A DNA stretch of 63,992 nt, counting the filler, from Octopus bimaculoides (lineage: Eukaryota), in the NCBI RefSeq assembly GCF_001194135.2. It is 5 parts of 4 records of this genome, joined end to end, with 100 filler letters (N's around TTAATTAATTAA, not from the genome) between each part and the next. Parts side by side here need not be neighbours in the genome. Positions count along the whole stretch, not along the records: positions 1 to 14,173 come from NC_069001.1; 4 more parts are not named here. One strand, written 5' to 3'. Of this stretch, positions 1 to 12,852 are shown in pieces (positions within the stretch are counted from its first letter, which is position 1; every line of letters starts with the position of its first letter). Below the pieces are notes generated by a model. That model made no database searches. It was given only the letters and a program-made list of their open reading frames with translations, and was not told the origin of the DNA. The position numbers and the translations under genes were made by a program.

Positions 1-33
<33 letters not shown>

Positions 34-383
34 TTTCACGAACTATTATTAATAAGTTAGGAAGTCATATGACTATAAATTTATTTAGTACAAATATATG
101 TACAATTGAAAGAACACATTTACATTTATTTAAAACCATTAAAATATATGTGCTATTTTCTCATATATTACATGGTCTATATGATGAAACAAATCAACAT
201 TAACTTACGTTCACTACAGTTTCCCATTTTTACAGGATAATAGAGATCTATGCCTTTTTTTAAAAATCTTTTTGGTGATGCTGAATCAATTTAAGAAAAA
301 AAATGTACAAATACGGTAACAGCAATCGATTTACCAGTTTTGAAATTTCACTTATATCCACGCACACGGCTTATACGTGAGGT

Positions 384-427
384 GAAACTATAATTCATTG
401 TGGACGAAACTATAATTCATTGTGGAC
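384..427. repeat. Exact 22-bp tandem duplication
   Basis: GAAACTATAATTCATTGTGGAC x2. Confidence 0.95.
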
Positions 428-489
428 TGTCTTTATAATATATACATACATATCTATATGTTGAGTGAATGAACATTTGTGTGCGTTTA

Positions 490-692
490 TGTACACGTGT
501 AAGTATGTATATGCATATATGTATAAGTATCTGTGTAAATATGTGTATACATGTGTGTGTGTGTATATATAATATGTATAAATATGTGTGTATGTGTGTG
601 TGCATGTATATACGTGTGTATGTGTATGTGCATGTATATGTGTGTGTGCATGTATATACGTGTGTATGTGCATGTATATGTGTGTGTATGTG

Positions 693-765
<73 letters not shown>

Positions 766-770
766 GCGAG
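490..770. repeat. Compound (TG)/(TA) microsatellite
   Basis: Direct inspection. Similar tracts lie at 5354-5760, 13975-14173, 19387-19525, 21031-21230, 35390-35566 and 48540-48850. Confidence 0.95.
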
Positions 771-1562
771 TGAATGTACGCAATAAAAAGTTCATTCCAT
801 TACGTAAAATATTATTACCATACTTCAGAAATATACTTTTAACGTAGTTTCTAGTTTACACTGAACTTGAAAAAAACACACCGTATTGAAAAGAACTATC
901 GTAGCTCTCATTTCACAATATAATACTTATTTTTATATCAAACCTCTTTAACTCTAAGCCAATTGTAAACTTCTAAATATATATCGTACACAAGAAATAT
1001 CCAAACAATTATGCTTTATGGTGTTAAAGTCGATGCTGCCAATTTTGCAGAGATCTGGCTTCCTTTTTCTAAAAATTTCTACCATTTTCGCTTTAACTTT
1101 ACAGTCTACTGTATTTTCATTCATATGCAAGAACCCCGAAAACGACATCTTGACATGTTAGCTACACATGCCAAATCCAGTGGTTAATTCTCCATCAAAT
1201 CACAACCTTCTGTCTCATCTTAAATACAAAATAGTCGGTGTCGATGTGGGACTATTTCCACTGAAAGAAACTTAACCATTCCTCAGTGAAGCTTTACCAA
1301 ACTCTGAACGTGGGGAGTGGGTAGATGCAGCTTAGAATAATGCATGAGCCAAAAAAAATCTCGTGATCGAGGTCCCTTTGGAGTAAAACAAGGATGGGTC
1401 AAAATAATAGATGTGAAGAAGCTGGAAGTTATAATGGAGTAGGAGTTTAGTGGTATTGAGTGTGAGTAGACAGAAACATTAGTTTGTCATACTGACTTCT
1501 GCTTTTCTCCTTCAGTCGTATTTAAATCTGTCTCGTTCACACGCTCTTTCACATTCATTTTT

Positions 1563-1598
<36 letters not shown>

Positions 1599-1929
1599 AG
1601 GGAGAGACAGCGAGAGAGTACGTTTAGAACGTCGTCGTTATTAAAATTCCACGTTCAAAAGCCATTGTTATAAAGTCAATTAGAGGAAGGAAACTTAACT
1701 TCACCGAAAAGTAACCATGTTAAACAGTCTTTCATCGCGTGACTATCGGGTTGGGTTACATGACATCGTCATGCAAAACGCATGTAACACTATTGTTAAA
1801 ACAATGATACATATTTCTATACTGTTCAGAAGGAAATCCCTTGTTCACTCTTTTGCTTAGCCTAGCATCATAAAAAAAAACTGTCATAAGTAGCTAAGTT
1901 TGGTGATGGGATATCTTCAGTCATCGACT

Positions 1930-4180
1930 ATTGAAAGTCGATCTGATCATCTGGACCTGGTGTCGCTTTCGGTTTAACTTAAGAATTCGACTTTCTATTT
2001 TCTTAGTTGATTTTCTTAGTTCTGTCATTTCTTTCTTTTCTTTTTTTTTTAACTACCAGCGACATATTTCTTTTCTTCAGAATTAGATGCTGGGCTTGTT
2101 GTTTAGGAACGTATCAAGAGGAAGCATCAGTACCAAAAGATATTATTAAAGGTGTTCTTGCCCGTCATCTCATCAATGCCGACGAGATTTGCTTTTTGCC
2201 AGCTTGTGCAGTCGACCAGTAATTGAATAGTAATTTTGAAAGAGGCATCGAAAGATCGAAATTGTTTATAACTCCAATTTTCACAGTCTTTATCATTTTT
2301 TTAACCTGACCATAAAACACTAAGTTATCTTAACAATGTCTCAACGCAGAAATTTACAGCATTATTGGAAACCAACTTATGTGGAACCCCCATTCTTTGC
2401 AAAATAAGTTGATCGCTATTTTTAGCAAATTGTTCATTAAACTCAGGACTTTTAGTCAACCTGAAGTATAAGGAGCATCACCGTGATCCATATATGCACG
2501 TTGGTATGGTTTTCGATTGGCATCAGTAATTTCTGGCATGGGTTGAAAGCATTTAACAGGATTGCCCACCGTAATATTCTTGCAGATTTCTTTTAGGCGA
2601 TTCTCTTCTGGGACTGAATATAAACTCCAAGGGGTTATGGTTACTTCTCAAGAAAAATTTTCGTCCTTATAAAAATTATCGGGCTTTTTGCATAATTTGC
2701 AAAGAGCCCAATAATTGTGTTTATGGTGCTCAAGCTCTATAGTGATTTACATATTTGTGCAGATTACAAGTTGGGAGTAAATATGTTCTGATATTTACTA
2801 TTCACCGAACCTGAAACAGCATTACGCGAGCTGGCATGTAAGAGAGGCTTTGACGAGTGTTCAGACGAGCGCCAAAGCCTCCATTGCAATATTAAAATAG
2901 TTACTTTGAAGTTCAGATAGACATCGTAATAAATATAGAACTGGATTTCTGAGACAGTGCACCAGATATTGAATGTTTACTAATATCAGTAGTGACTAAA
3001 ACCTCTTTTGTTGTATCAAATATCTGTGAAGTAAGTGATACGGCCAAATATATCTTTAATATTTCAAACAGATCAGTGTTCCTCCTTCAATAAAAACGTA
3101 GAGTGCTTTTTTCGTAAGTTTGAAAATCTACTGACTTTTAATGATTATGCGGGAATAAATCGACCATAAAAATTAGTCATTCTCCAAAATGACTCCAATT
3201 CTTTCCTACTCTCTGGGAATTTTAGGTTCAATATCTTCTTCGTTAACGCATCGTCTGTTTGGAGAACTTATATCCTAGGAAGGTCAATTCTTCTGCACGA
3301 AAAAACACTTCTTTTCGTTAATAGTTGTACCACAAGAGAGAAGGTTTCGCAGAATTGTTTTTACTTTCTGCTCTAAGTCATCAGTGGTGGACCACCGATG
3401 CAAATGTCATCTTGATAAACTGTAATACCGATGGCACTTTAATACATTTTCCATGCCACATTGAAATATAGTGTTTGCTGTTTTTATAGTGTATGGCAGA
3501 CGTGTCCAATGCAACTGATATTTTCAGACTTTCTTCCATAACTGGAATGGGAGTTTCCTCTAAAACATTTCATACGTGCCAGGTTGTGCAATGTTGTCTC
3601 AAATTCGGTGTTGAGTTAGGAGCTAGAACATATTCACTCCGAATTTGTAATCTGCACAAGTACGTAAATCATCATAAAGCTTGTACACAACAACCAACGA
3701 CGAAGCCCACATACTTCCTTCTGATACAGCTTTTTTCATTAAGGCATTCCTTAGCATTTCCTTAAATTTCGCTACAAGGAGAAAAATTCATGTAGGAAGT
3801 TATCTTCATTTATTATATGCAGGTTTAGCTTTATTTTTTAATGATATTACAGCTTTAAAAAGCGTACGTTATAGTTAGATTATGTGTAATGAATAAAGAC
3901 ATAAAAGAATCCATTCCAATAAAACCAGGATTTTAATCAGGGGCAAATATGAAAAACGTTTTCTATTTTGTGTTAACCGAACCGATACATTATATGAGGA
4001 AGACATTGGAATATTCCCGATTGTGAACCGCGAATTTCATGAAAATGTCCTTTAGGATAATACTAACGCTACTTCTAGTGTCAATTTGTATCTGCACTTA
4101 AGCATTATTTCAGTTAATACTAGTCAGTAAGTTGGCCTGACTGACCCCACTGTGGAAGATTTCCTCGCTTGATGGTCACT
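1930..4180 (-). mobile_element. Decayed Ty3/Gypsy LTR-retrotransposon pol (protease-RT-RNase H-integrase), many stops/frameshifts, internally rearranged
   Basis: Minus-strand translation gives motifs in Gypsy order: protease VQIQIDTRSSVSII (~4110-4050); RT WASSLVVVYKLYDDLRTCADYKFGVN (~3710-3630) and VYQDDICIGG (~3420-3390); KELESFWRMTNFYGRFIP (~3200); RNase H TTDISKHSISGALSQ and EALALV (~3000-2860), then GRKFFLRSNHNPLEFIF and SARILRWAILL (~2680-2555); integrase KPYQRAYMDH and GVPHKLVSNNAVNF (~2520-2350), LLFNYWSTAQAG (~2230). No LTR pair identified. Confidence 0.9.
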
Positions 4181-4371
4181 ACATACATCAGTAAATAAAT
4201 ATATATATATATATATATATATACCTGCGTGCACGTGCGCACATTCATGTTTATATATATACCAGAGTAAGCACATAAATGTGAAACAAGGTGGAAGAAA
4301 TAGTACCCGAATACCGAAGATAGAGTAATATGTGTGTGTGTACATATATATATATATGTGTGTATATATAT

Positions 4372-5353
4372 NNNNNNNNNNNNNNNNNNNNNNNNNNNNN
4401 NNNNNNNNNNNNNNNNNNNNNNNNNNNNNNNNNNNNNNNNNNNNNNNNNNNNNNNNNNNNNNNNNNNNNNNNNNNNNNNNNNNNNNNNNNNNNNNNNNNN
4501 NNNNNNNNNNNNNNNNNNNNNNNNNNNNNNNNNNNNNNNNNNNNNNNNNNNNNNNNNNNNNNNNNNNNNNNNNNNNNNNNNNNNNNNNNNNNNNNNNNNN
4601 NNNNNNNNNNNNNNNNNNNNNNNNNNNNNNNNNNNNNNNNNNNNNNNNNNNNNNNNNNNNNNNNNNNNNNNNNNNNNNNNNNNNNNNNNNNNNNNNNNNN
4701 NNNNNNNNNNNNNNNNNNNNNNNNNNNNNNNNNNNNNNNNNNNNNNNNNNNNNNNNNNNNNNNNNNNNNNNNNNNNNNNNNNNNNNNNNNNNNNNNNNNN
4801 NNNNNNNNNNNNNNNNNNNNNNNNNNNNNNNNNNNNNNNNNNNNNNNNNNNNNNNNNNNNNNNNNNNNNNNNNNNNNNNNNNNNNNNNNNNNNNNNNNNN
4901 NNNNNNNNNNNNNNNNNNNNNNNNNNNNNNNNNNNNNNNNNNNNNNNNNNNNNNNNNNNNNNNNNNNNNNNNNNNNNNNNNNNNNNNNNNNNNNNNNNNN
5001 NNNNNNNNNNNNNNNNNNNNNNNNNNNNNNNNNNNNNNNNNNNNNNNNNNNNNNNNNNNNNNNNNNNNNNNNNNNNNNNNNNNNNNNNNNNNNNNNNNNN
5101 NNNNNNNNNNNNNNNNNNNNNNNNNNNNNNNNNNNNNNNNNNNNNNNNNNNNNNNNNNNNNNNNNNNNNNNNNNNNNNNNNNNNNNNNNNNNNNNNNNNN
5201 NNNNNNNNNNNNNNNNNNNNNNNNNNNNNNNNNNNNNNNNNNNNNNNNNNNNNNNNNNNNNNNNNNNNNNNNNNNNNNNNNNNNNNNNNNNNNNNNNNNN
5301 NNNNNNNNNNNNNNNNNNNNNNNNNNNNNNNNNNNNNNNNNNNNNNNNNNNNN
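4372..5353. other. Assembly gap (largest of about 16 N-runs, most flanked by microsatellites)
   Basis: N characters. Other large gaps: 20584-21030, 24848-25464, 43705-44006, 53190-53763, 62738-63282. Confidence 1.
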
Positions 5354-5388
<35 letters not shown>

Positions 5389-7172
5389 CACACATATATA
5401 CATATATACTATACACACACATATATATATATAAATACACACATACATATACATACATATACATATATATATATATATACATACATACACATACATACAC
5501 ATAAATATATATATACACATGTTTATATATACATATATATAAACACATATATAAACACGCATATATATATACATATACACATACATATATATTTATATAT
5601 ACACATACATATATACAAATATATATATACATACACGTGCATATATATACACGCATGTATATATATGTATATATACATACACACAGTATATGTACATACA
5701 AACACATATACAGTATATGTAAGTACTAACATACACATATATATATACACATGCACATATCTAAATAAATAAATACAAACTTACACACATGTACTCACAC
5801 ACACACACACAAATTAAAAAGGATATTTTGATTTGCTCCGAGTTTCGCGGCACTTCTTTCAATACGGATGATATTCTTTTTGTTTGCCGTGGATACGCCA
5901 ACGTTTATAGCATTTCGCGCAGGCACATATACACATATCATCTCACAAAATGCACGAACATCACTTTAGTTCATACTTCTTTTGCCAGACATAGTTCCCA
6001 ACAGACGCACACAAATTTTATCGTGTTACATATATAAATATACAAACAACTCCACTCCAACCACTATCTGGTGTTACGAGTCTATCAGCGTGCAAAATAC
6101 AGGCAAAACACAAAGAAACATACACACACGCACGCGAAAATCTATGCACACTAGCTCAAATGCTATTCCTATAGGCATGCATGCGCTATTAACCCTCCAC
6201 CCATCGTCATATGTGATTCTTTTCTATGTCTATCTCCACCTCCAGCTCTCTATAATCATCAGTTGCTATCTATCGTCCACTCAACTAACTACAAATTTAT
6301 CTGGTTATTTATGGAGGCGAGCAGAGGGATTACTGTTTTGGCTCTAATAGTAGTTTCTTTTTCTATATACTATGTGTGTACATAGCATGTATGTATATGT
6401 GTGTAAATACACGCACACACGTCGAGTTTTTTTTTTGTGTGTATGTGTGTATTGTTCTTGTTGCAACTTGGTATTATTATAATTATTATTATCACACTTT
6501 TGGTAACTTGTCCCTGTAATGCTCCCCTCAATTGTTGCCCTTGTGGCAATAAAATTTATTATCATTATTATTATTAATGGGCGTTTAAAAACAAACCCAC
6601 AGAAGGCGGTTGGTGATGGCTGAGTGTGGGCGTGGAAGAGTTTTGCATGGCATCAGGTGTTATGTGGCGCTGCTGGTGGGGGGTTAGAGCAAAAAGGGAA
6701 AGAGGAGGGTTCAATGTGGGTTTGCACACGCGCATGTGTAGGGCGGGTATGTTGTCTTTGAAATATTTTTGGGAGCTGCTCATTCTTTCGGGGTGGAGGA
6801 AGAATGGGGTGCAATGAAAATTTCTGGAGAAAGTCAGTTTTGCTATTTTCTTTAGCTGCAGTAGAGAACGGGGGAGGGAGGGGGAAAGGATCGGCGAGGA
6901 AACAAAGAAGAAACTGATGCGAGGGAATAACAGAAAGTGAAAGACAAAGGAATAGGGACAGATAGGAAAGAAATACCAGAAAGAGAGAGACAGACAGACA
7001 GACAGTGATTGAAAATGAAGTAGACTGAGAAGAAAGAGAGAAGAAATGTTTGTAAGAACAAATGAAAATAGGAAAAGGGAACTACAGATTGAGTCTTAAG
7101 GAGATAAGAAAAGATGCAACAGTGAAAGGTAAAAGAAATGATAGACAATATAAGCTGAAGCTGGCTAGCCAG

Positions 7173-7228
7173 TAGTAGTAGTAGTAGTAGCAGCAGCAGC
7201 AGCAGCAGAAGAAGAAGAAGAAGAAGAA
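7173..7228. repeat. Compound trinucleotide microsatellite (GTA)n(GCA)n(GAA)n
   Basis: Direct inspection. Confidence 0.9.
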
Positions 7229-7914
7229 AGGAGGAGGAAGAGGAAAGAGTCAGTTGAATTAACCCTTGTAGTTGTTATTTAGCCCCAGGTCAGCTCTGGC
7301 TGATCAGGCCTGCAATGAAAGTATTTCTAGTTTTTTGCCATCCAAATTTAAGGAACTGCAATATACTTTTGTTTGCTCGACATGCTAGATATACCAGTGA
7401 AATTTCTCTCTCAAACTGCATCCTGCCGTATAGATAACGCAATGCTAGCTTGGAAATTGACCTGAAGTGTAATTTCTAATCTAAGTTCTCAGTATGTTTA
7501 CTAGTCTTTAACTACCCTGGAGAGGTGGAAACCAAAGTTGAGCCATGTTTTGGACTCAAATAGAGAACCTAATGTAGTTACATCAAAGAACTGTGAGTGA
7601 AAATTCTATAAACAAAAACTGTATGGAAGCCCATAAAAAGACCATTCCAGTTCTTTAACCAGGTCTTTGATTTGAGAATAAGTTCCCCACTTCTTGCTAC
7701 TAGTAACAGTGATCCTAAAAATGCTTATTGATACCCTTTCTCCTTCTAAGTCATTAAAAAAGTATTCTAGATATCTCAACTAAATATTACTGGGTGAGAT
7801 AACAATCTCCCTCAAATTATACACTGCTGTCTTAAATAAAAAATTAAAAAAAGAACTCTAGAAATATTGTTCTCAAATTTTGGCACAGGGCCTGGCATTT
7901 TCAGAGGAGGGAGT

Positions 7915-8102
7915 AGGTTTATTATATCAACCCTGGTGGTCAATTGTTACTTATTTAATCGACCCTGAAAGGATGAAAGGCAAGGTCGCCTTCAGCAGAA
8001 TTTAACTCAGATTGTAAAAACAAATGAAATGCTGTTAAGCATTTTGCCCAGCACACTAACAATTCTGCCAGCTCACCGCCTTGAACTCATTGAATATTGA
8101 TG
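7915..8102 (-). mobile_element. tRNA-derived SINE, family 2 (Meta-like central domain), CpG-decayed copy
   Basis: Homologous to copies at 37.7-38.0, 47.3 and 58.0 kb (ATCGACCCYGAAAGGATGAAAGGCAA...GAATTTRAACTCAGA); reverse strand carries a B-box-like GAGTTYAAATT. Confidence 0.75.
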
Positions 8103-9817
8103 ACCTAGGCATTCAGCCAGGAAAAAAACCAAAAATAAAAAAAAGGATGGATGGGTTGTCATGGCTAGAGTGTCTTTAATCATAGGACTGTTGAATCGGC
8201 TGACACGGGGGCATCAACAAATGTAAGAAATACCAAAGAGTAGTACTTTAAATTACAGGAGTCTACTGTTTGTAACAATTAAGATGCTGTTTTTCAACTA
8301 AACAAAGTCAGTGTTCAAAGGGGAGTGGGATTATCATTGATTAAAGTGACTCCAATATATTACTGATAAATGTGTGACATGTACCAATAATATAAACAGA
8401 CGTATAGACAAAGACATCAACTTCAAGGCTTCAACTGAGAACTAGGTGAAATGAAAGCAAATTTTTAAGCTGTCCAAGGACATTGGTGATGCTCTAACAG
8501 AGATCTGAAACAGAGTTTGGATCTTGGTTTGTAGAGATTTCACAATTTAAACATCAATGCACTCACTCAACACTTACCAACAGTGCCATCATTTAAAATG
8601 TTAACAACAGTATTTTTTTAAGAAAGAAGAAAAAGAGAAGTTGTGATGAGAAAGAGTGAGATGGTGCATGTATGTGTTTATATACATGTGTGTGTATGTG
8701 TGTATATATACATATGTATATAAACATGCTCATGTGTGTGCACACACGACAAGAGAGGATGAATGAGACTAGAAAGAAATGAAGAGTAGAAGATTGAGAA
8801 AATAAAGAATGAAAGTAAGGGATGTGGGGAGAAAGAAAGAAAGAAAGATAAATATTTTGTAAGGGAGGGTGATATGCAGATAAGTGAGAAAGCAAGAGAT
8901 GGATAAATGTACAAAGGAAAAATTATACAACGAGTAGGAGTGGAGAGAAGGAAAAGTAAAAACATGTGGAGAGGAATTGGGAGTGTAAAGGAAGAGGATA
9001 TTGAGAAGAAGACTGCTAGGGAAAGTTAAAGGGTTAATAATGGAACCATACAGAAGGGAAGCATGTTGCTGCAGCTTATAACTGCATGTGTGTGTATGTG
9101 TGTTTGTGTGGATTTAAATGATATTTTATTTGGTATGTTGTAATTAATGTAATAGGGAACATATATGTGTGTATGCACCCATACACACATATATGTGCAT
9201 ATATGTACACATACATAAACACACATCATCCAAAATTATAGACATGGCAAATACAATAAACTGTTAGAATCACTCACAAGAGAAATTGTATACATTCAAG
9301 AAATACTTCATTTATACATGTAGATGCATATATACACAAACACGCACATAAATAAATGGTAATATAGGCACACAATTGAATATTTCTTTCCAAAAGCAGA
9401 CAAGATAAGACAAAGCAGATTAGCTTCTGCAGGTTCATTGGTAATGGCATCAAGTCAGACAGACTGTGTCACTCTCCAATAGGCTGTCTTCCATATTAAG
9501 GACACACACACACACACATACACATGCACACACTCACAGATGTAGAGGCACACTTCAAATCATTGGAGACAGCAAGATGACTACAGTATTTATTGACACT
9601 TGAATTTCCTTTCTACAGATGTTCATCTTGGTTTATTTAATAGATGTCCACACTTGTACACACACACACACAAAATAATTCAATTTTCCAGAAACCAATA
9701 AGTCTTAATTTGGTTTCCTAAGTCAATTTAAAATTGACTGGGTTGCACTGAAATTCATTTACATATGCTAGTTTCTATATTGCATCCAGCAAATGCATTG
9801 ATACAACTAAATGAAGA

Positions 9818-10030
9818 TATGGCCTAGTGGTTAGGGTATTACATTCATGATCGCTAGACCATGAGTTCGATTCATGGACTGGGCAGTGCATTGTGTTTTT
9901 GAGCAAAACATTTCTTTCATGTTACTCCAGTCCACTCAGCTGCAAATGGGTAACCCTGTGACAGATTAGTCTTCTGGTCAGGGAGAATGTAGGCCTGCTT
10001 GCCTAGCCAGAAAGGATGGCTTCATTGGAA
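9818..10030 (+). mobile_element. tRNA-derived SINE, family 3
   Basis: A-box-like TGGCCTAGTGGTTAG and B-box-like GAGTTCGATTC; body matches the reverse complement of 18433-18611. Confidence 0.7.
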
Positions 10031-12814
10031 AGCTAAAATAATAAGAAGCACATTGTGACTAGTGATTTATAGCATTATCTGACAGTCTGGCTGATACCAT
10101 GATACATAAATACTATTCCATTGTGATACAAATAAAACGAACCAAGCATCTATTATATTTTCTCTTCTCCATTTTCTTATTAACTTTATATATACATACA
10201 TATATATATTCATACATATCTACATGCACACAACCATACATTTACACACAAATGTATGCAAAGTCAGAAATTAAGGGCTTCAATCATTAAAAAAAATGCA
10301 AACATATGTATGTGTATTTAAATATACAAATAGTGCCAAGACAACAGATTGATTCCAGTAAAAGTGTACAAGTATTACATTATGTTTTCATAAACAACTG
10401 TTGCGTGTGCGTGTGCACATGTGTATTCACACAGATAGATGTACAAATGTAAAAGATCTCAACATGTCGGATTGAATATTTCATTAACAGTTTATGACTT
10501 AAGTCCACATTACTTAAATGCTTATAGATGCAAAAGCACACCTGATCGTTCAAATGCTACAATTTTAAGTGGTACAGAAGTGACAAGTCCTAAAGAAAGA
10601 TGGCAGGAGGATATGTAAAATATATTTTCATATTTTAGTTTAAGTCACATGATGTAACCTATAGCCACTGATAATTGTTCAGTAACTGCTGGTCACAATA
10701 AAATTAGTTTCCTTTGCACTTGATAGAAATTCCAGTAAAAATTGCAGTGAAGTTTCAATAAAAATTAAGATACAAGACTATCTATCAATTACTGGCTTAA
10801 AATGAGGAAATTGTGAACTTCGTTGAGTGGTTTACAGCTTTTAAGTGACTCAGAGGCTGTTGCAACATATACAGTTTCTGAGAGAGACAAAACCAGCAGT
10901 TATGCAACTGAGCAAATAAGGTTATGCTATTACGGAAGTCTCCAAATAAAATAGTACAGGAATGTAGAATTTTTTCCAAACATGGACCTAAAGTCACTGG
11001 GTCTTAGTTCCATGTAATTCATTGGGATACTGTCAGGTGAAGTAAGAGTCACCAAATAAAGCCTTGGAAGAGCAGAATTTCCTCATTGGATAGAGTATGA
11101 GTAGGTACATGTTACTTTTTGGCTCTCACTGTAGTATGCACTGTTGGAAGCAATATTATCTAAGAATAAAGTTTGTGGTAATTATGCATGCTTAGGAAAT
11201 GGTATCTAATGAAGGATAAAATTTCTTGACTATGTTTGTAGAGACATCTAATTATTTTCCACTTCCCAACTCTTTTTGGAACAAGGTGCAGGTTCCTCTA
11301 TATATATACTTCTGACTAAAACCACTCCTCACTGATGTATCACTGTAATGGTGGATGGTGGCTCTGTCAAAACACCTCAATCTGAAGATAAATTGGAGAT
11401 TCTTCTACAATTGCTAGTTTTTAAGTTTCTATTTAAAGTAAGGAGTGGTTGAAATTCCAATGAACGTATACAATCTCCACATAAGGATTTCTGTAAGGGG
11501 TAATGCATGCTGTTTTGAGATCCTTTGTAATGTTCAAGAAGTGAACTATAGTTATATTGTGGGGTGATAATTATGTTTTAGCAAATACCACAAACATCTT
11601 ATGGCCTTTACACAACCTATTCTATCACTGGTTTGTGCTAAGCTGGGTAAGAAGTGAAACACCAAAAATAGCCTTTGTGTAAGGAGAGCTCCACATAGTT
11701 GGATGACCTGTAAGAAATAATGACCAAATCACACACTCCTGTTTTCAAAAGAACAGGTGAGTTAATGAAGCAAGTCCAACATAGCTATATAAGGATGGAA
11801 CAATGATAGCTTGAATGGTGGTGGTGATAGCGGTGGCGGTTGAGAATTTTATAAAGATTTATTTATGGCAAAGCACCCATTGATAGATGACACTGAGATC
11901 CTGAAAGACCAGACCACTATTTATTGTTAAACTGATATGTGGAATGCATATGTGTCTTCGTGTATGATAGTTAAGATGTTGAAACCTTTATAGCTTTATT
12001 AAGACTATTTGTTAATGAACACCCATTGATGGATATCTTTGATCATGAAAGATCAAGCCATTGTCTATTATTGTTTCACTGGTGCATGGAATTAATGTGA
12101 ATGTGTGTGTGTATGCATAGTAATTGTTAAAATATTGAAACATTTACAGTTTTACAGATTACATGTTCAATATTTTTAACAATTTCAATTAAAATGTTGG
12201 AATTAGGAAGAGAAAAATGTAAAAAAAAGCAAAATATTTTGACATTTAAAGTAAGAGAAATTTAAAACATTTAATAATCTTCATGTCAGTCATTCACACA
12301 CAAATATAGAAATACACAGGTGCATATATACTTAACACAAAAGCTACATGCAATCTTGTATTTAAGCATATCATTGAAAAGTCTGCAGAACCTGAAGACA
12401 AATGCTCATGCACACACAATAGACTGTATTATGCAATCGTACATATGCACACACAACTGACTGCATTATACAATTGTACACACACATACACACACTTCCA
12501 AACCACTCTTTCCTGTGAGCACACCAGCACCTAAGTTATTCTCAATCACAAATACATAACAACATACCATTGGGTGTGCGTGTGTGTGTGCATATATATA
12601 TATAGGAATATACATACATACGGGAAGGGGGGGTACATGCACGAAAATGCATTGTGCATTAATACACTTTTATGCTCACTCATTCTGCCACCTTTTCTCT
12701 TTTCCTACACACACACAGATACACACTGATCACATATATAAAACAAAATTGCATGCAAATGCATACAAGCAACGCAATCAAGATCAGTACATATAAACAC
12801 ACACATATATACTT

Positions 12815-12852
<38 letters not shown>

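Noticed and set aside
4120-5772. Long ORFs of 200-500 aa rich in X, Y, I, H, T, C, V (also at 20.4-21.4, 24.8-25.5, 43.6-44.1, 52.9-53.9 and 62.7-63.4 kb)
   Set aside because: Translations of N-gaps and (TA)/(CA) microsatellites.
8560-8600. Minus-strand ATGATGGCACTGTTG|GTAAGT first-exon-like site
   Set aside because: An isolated donor match with no linked downstream exon found.
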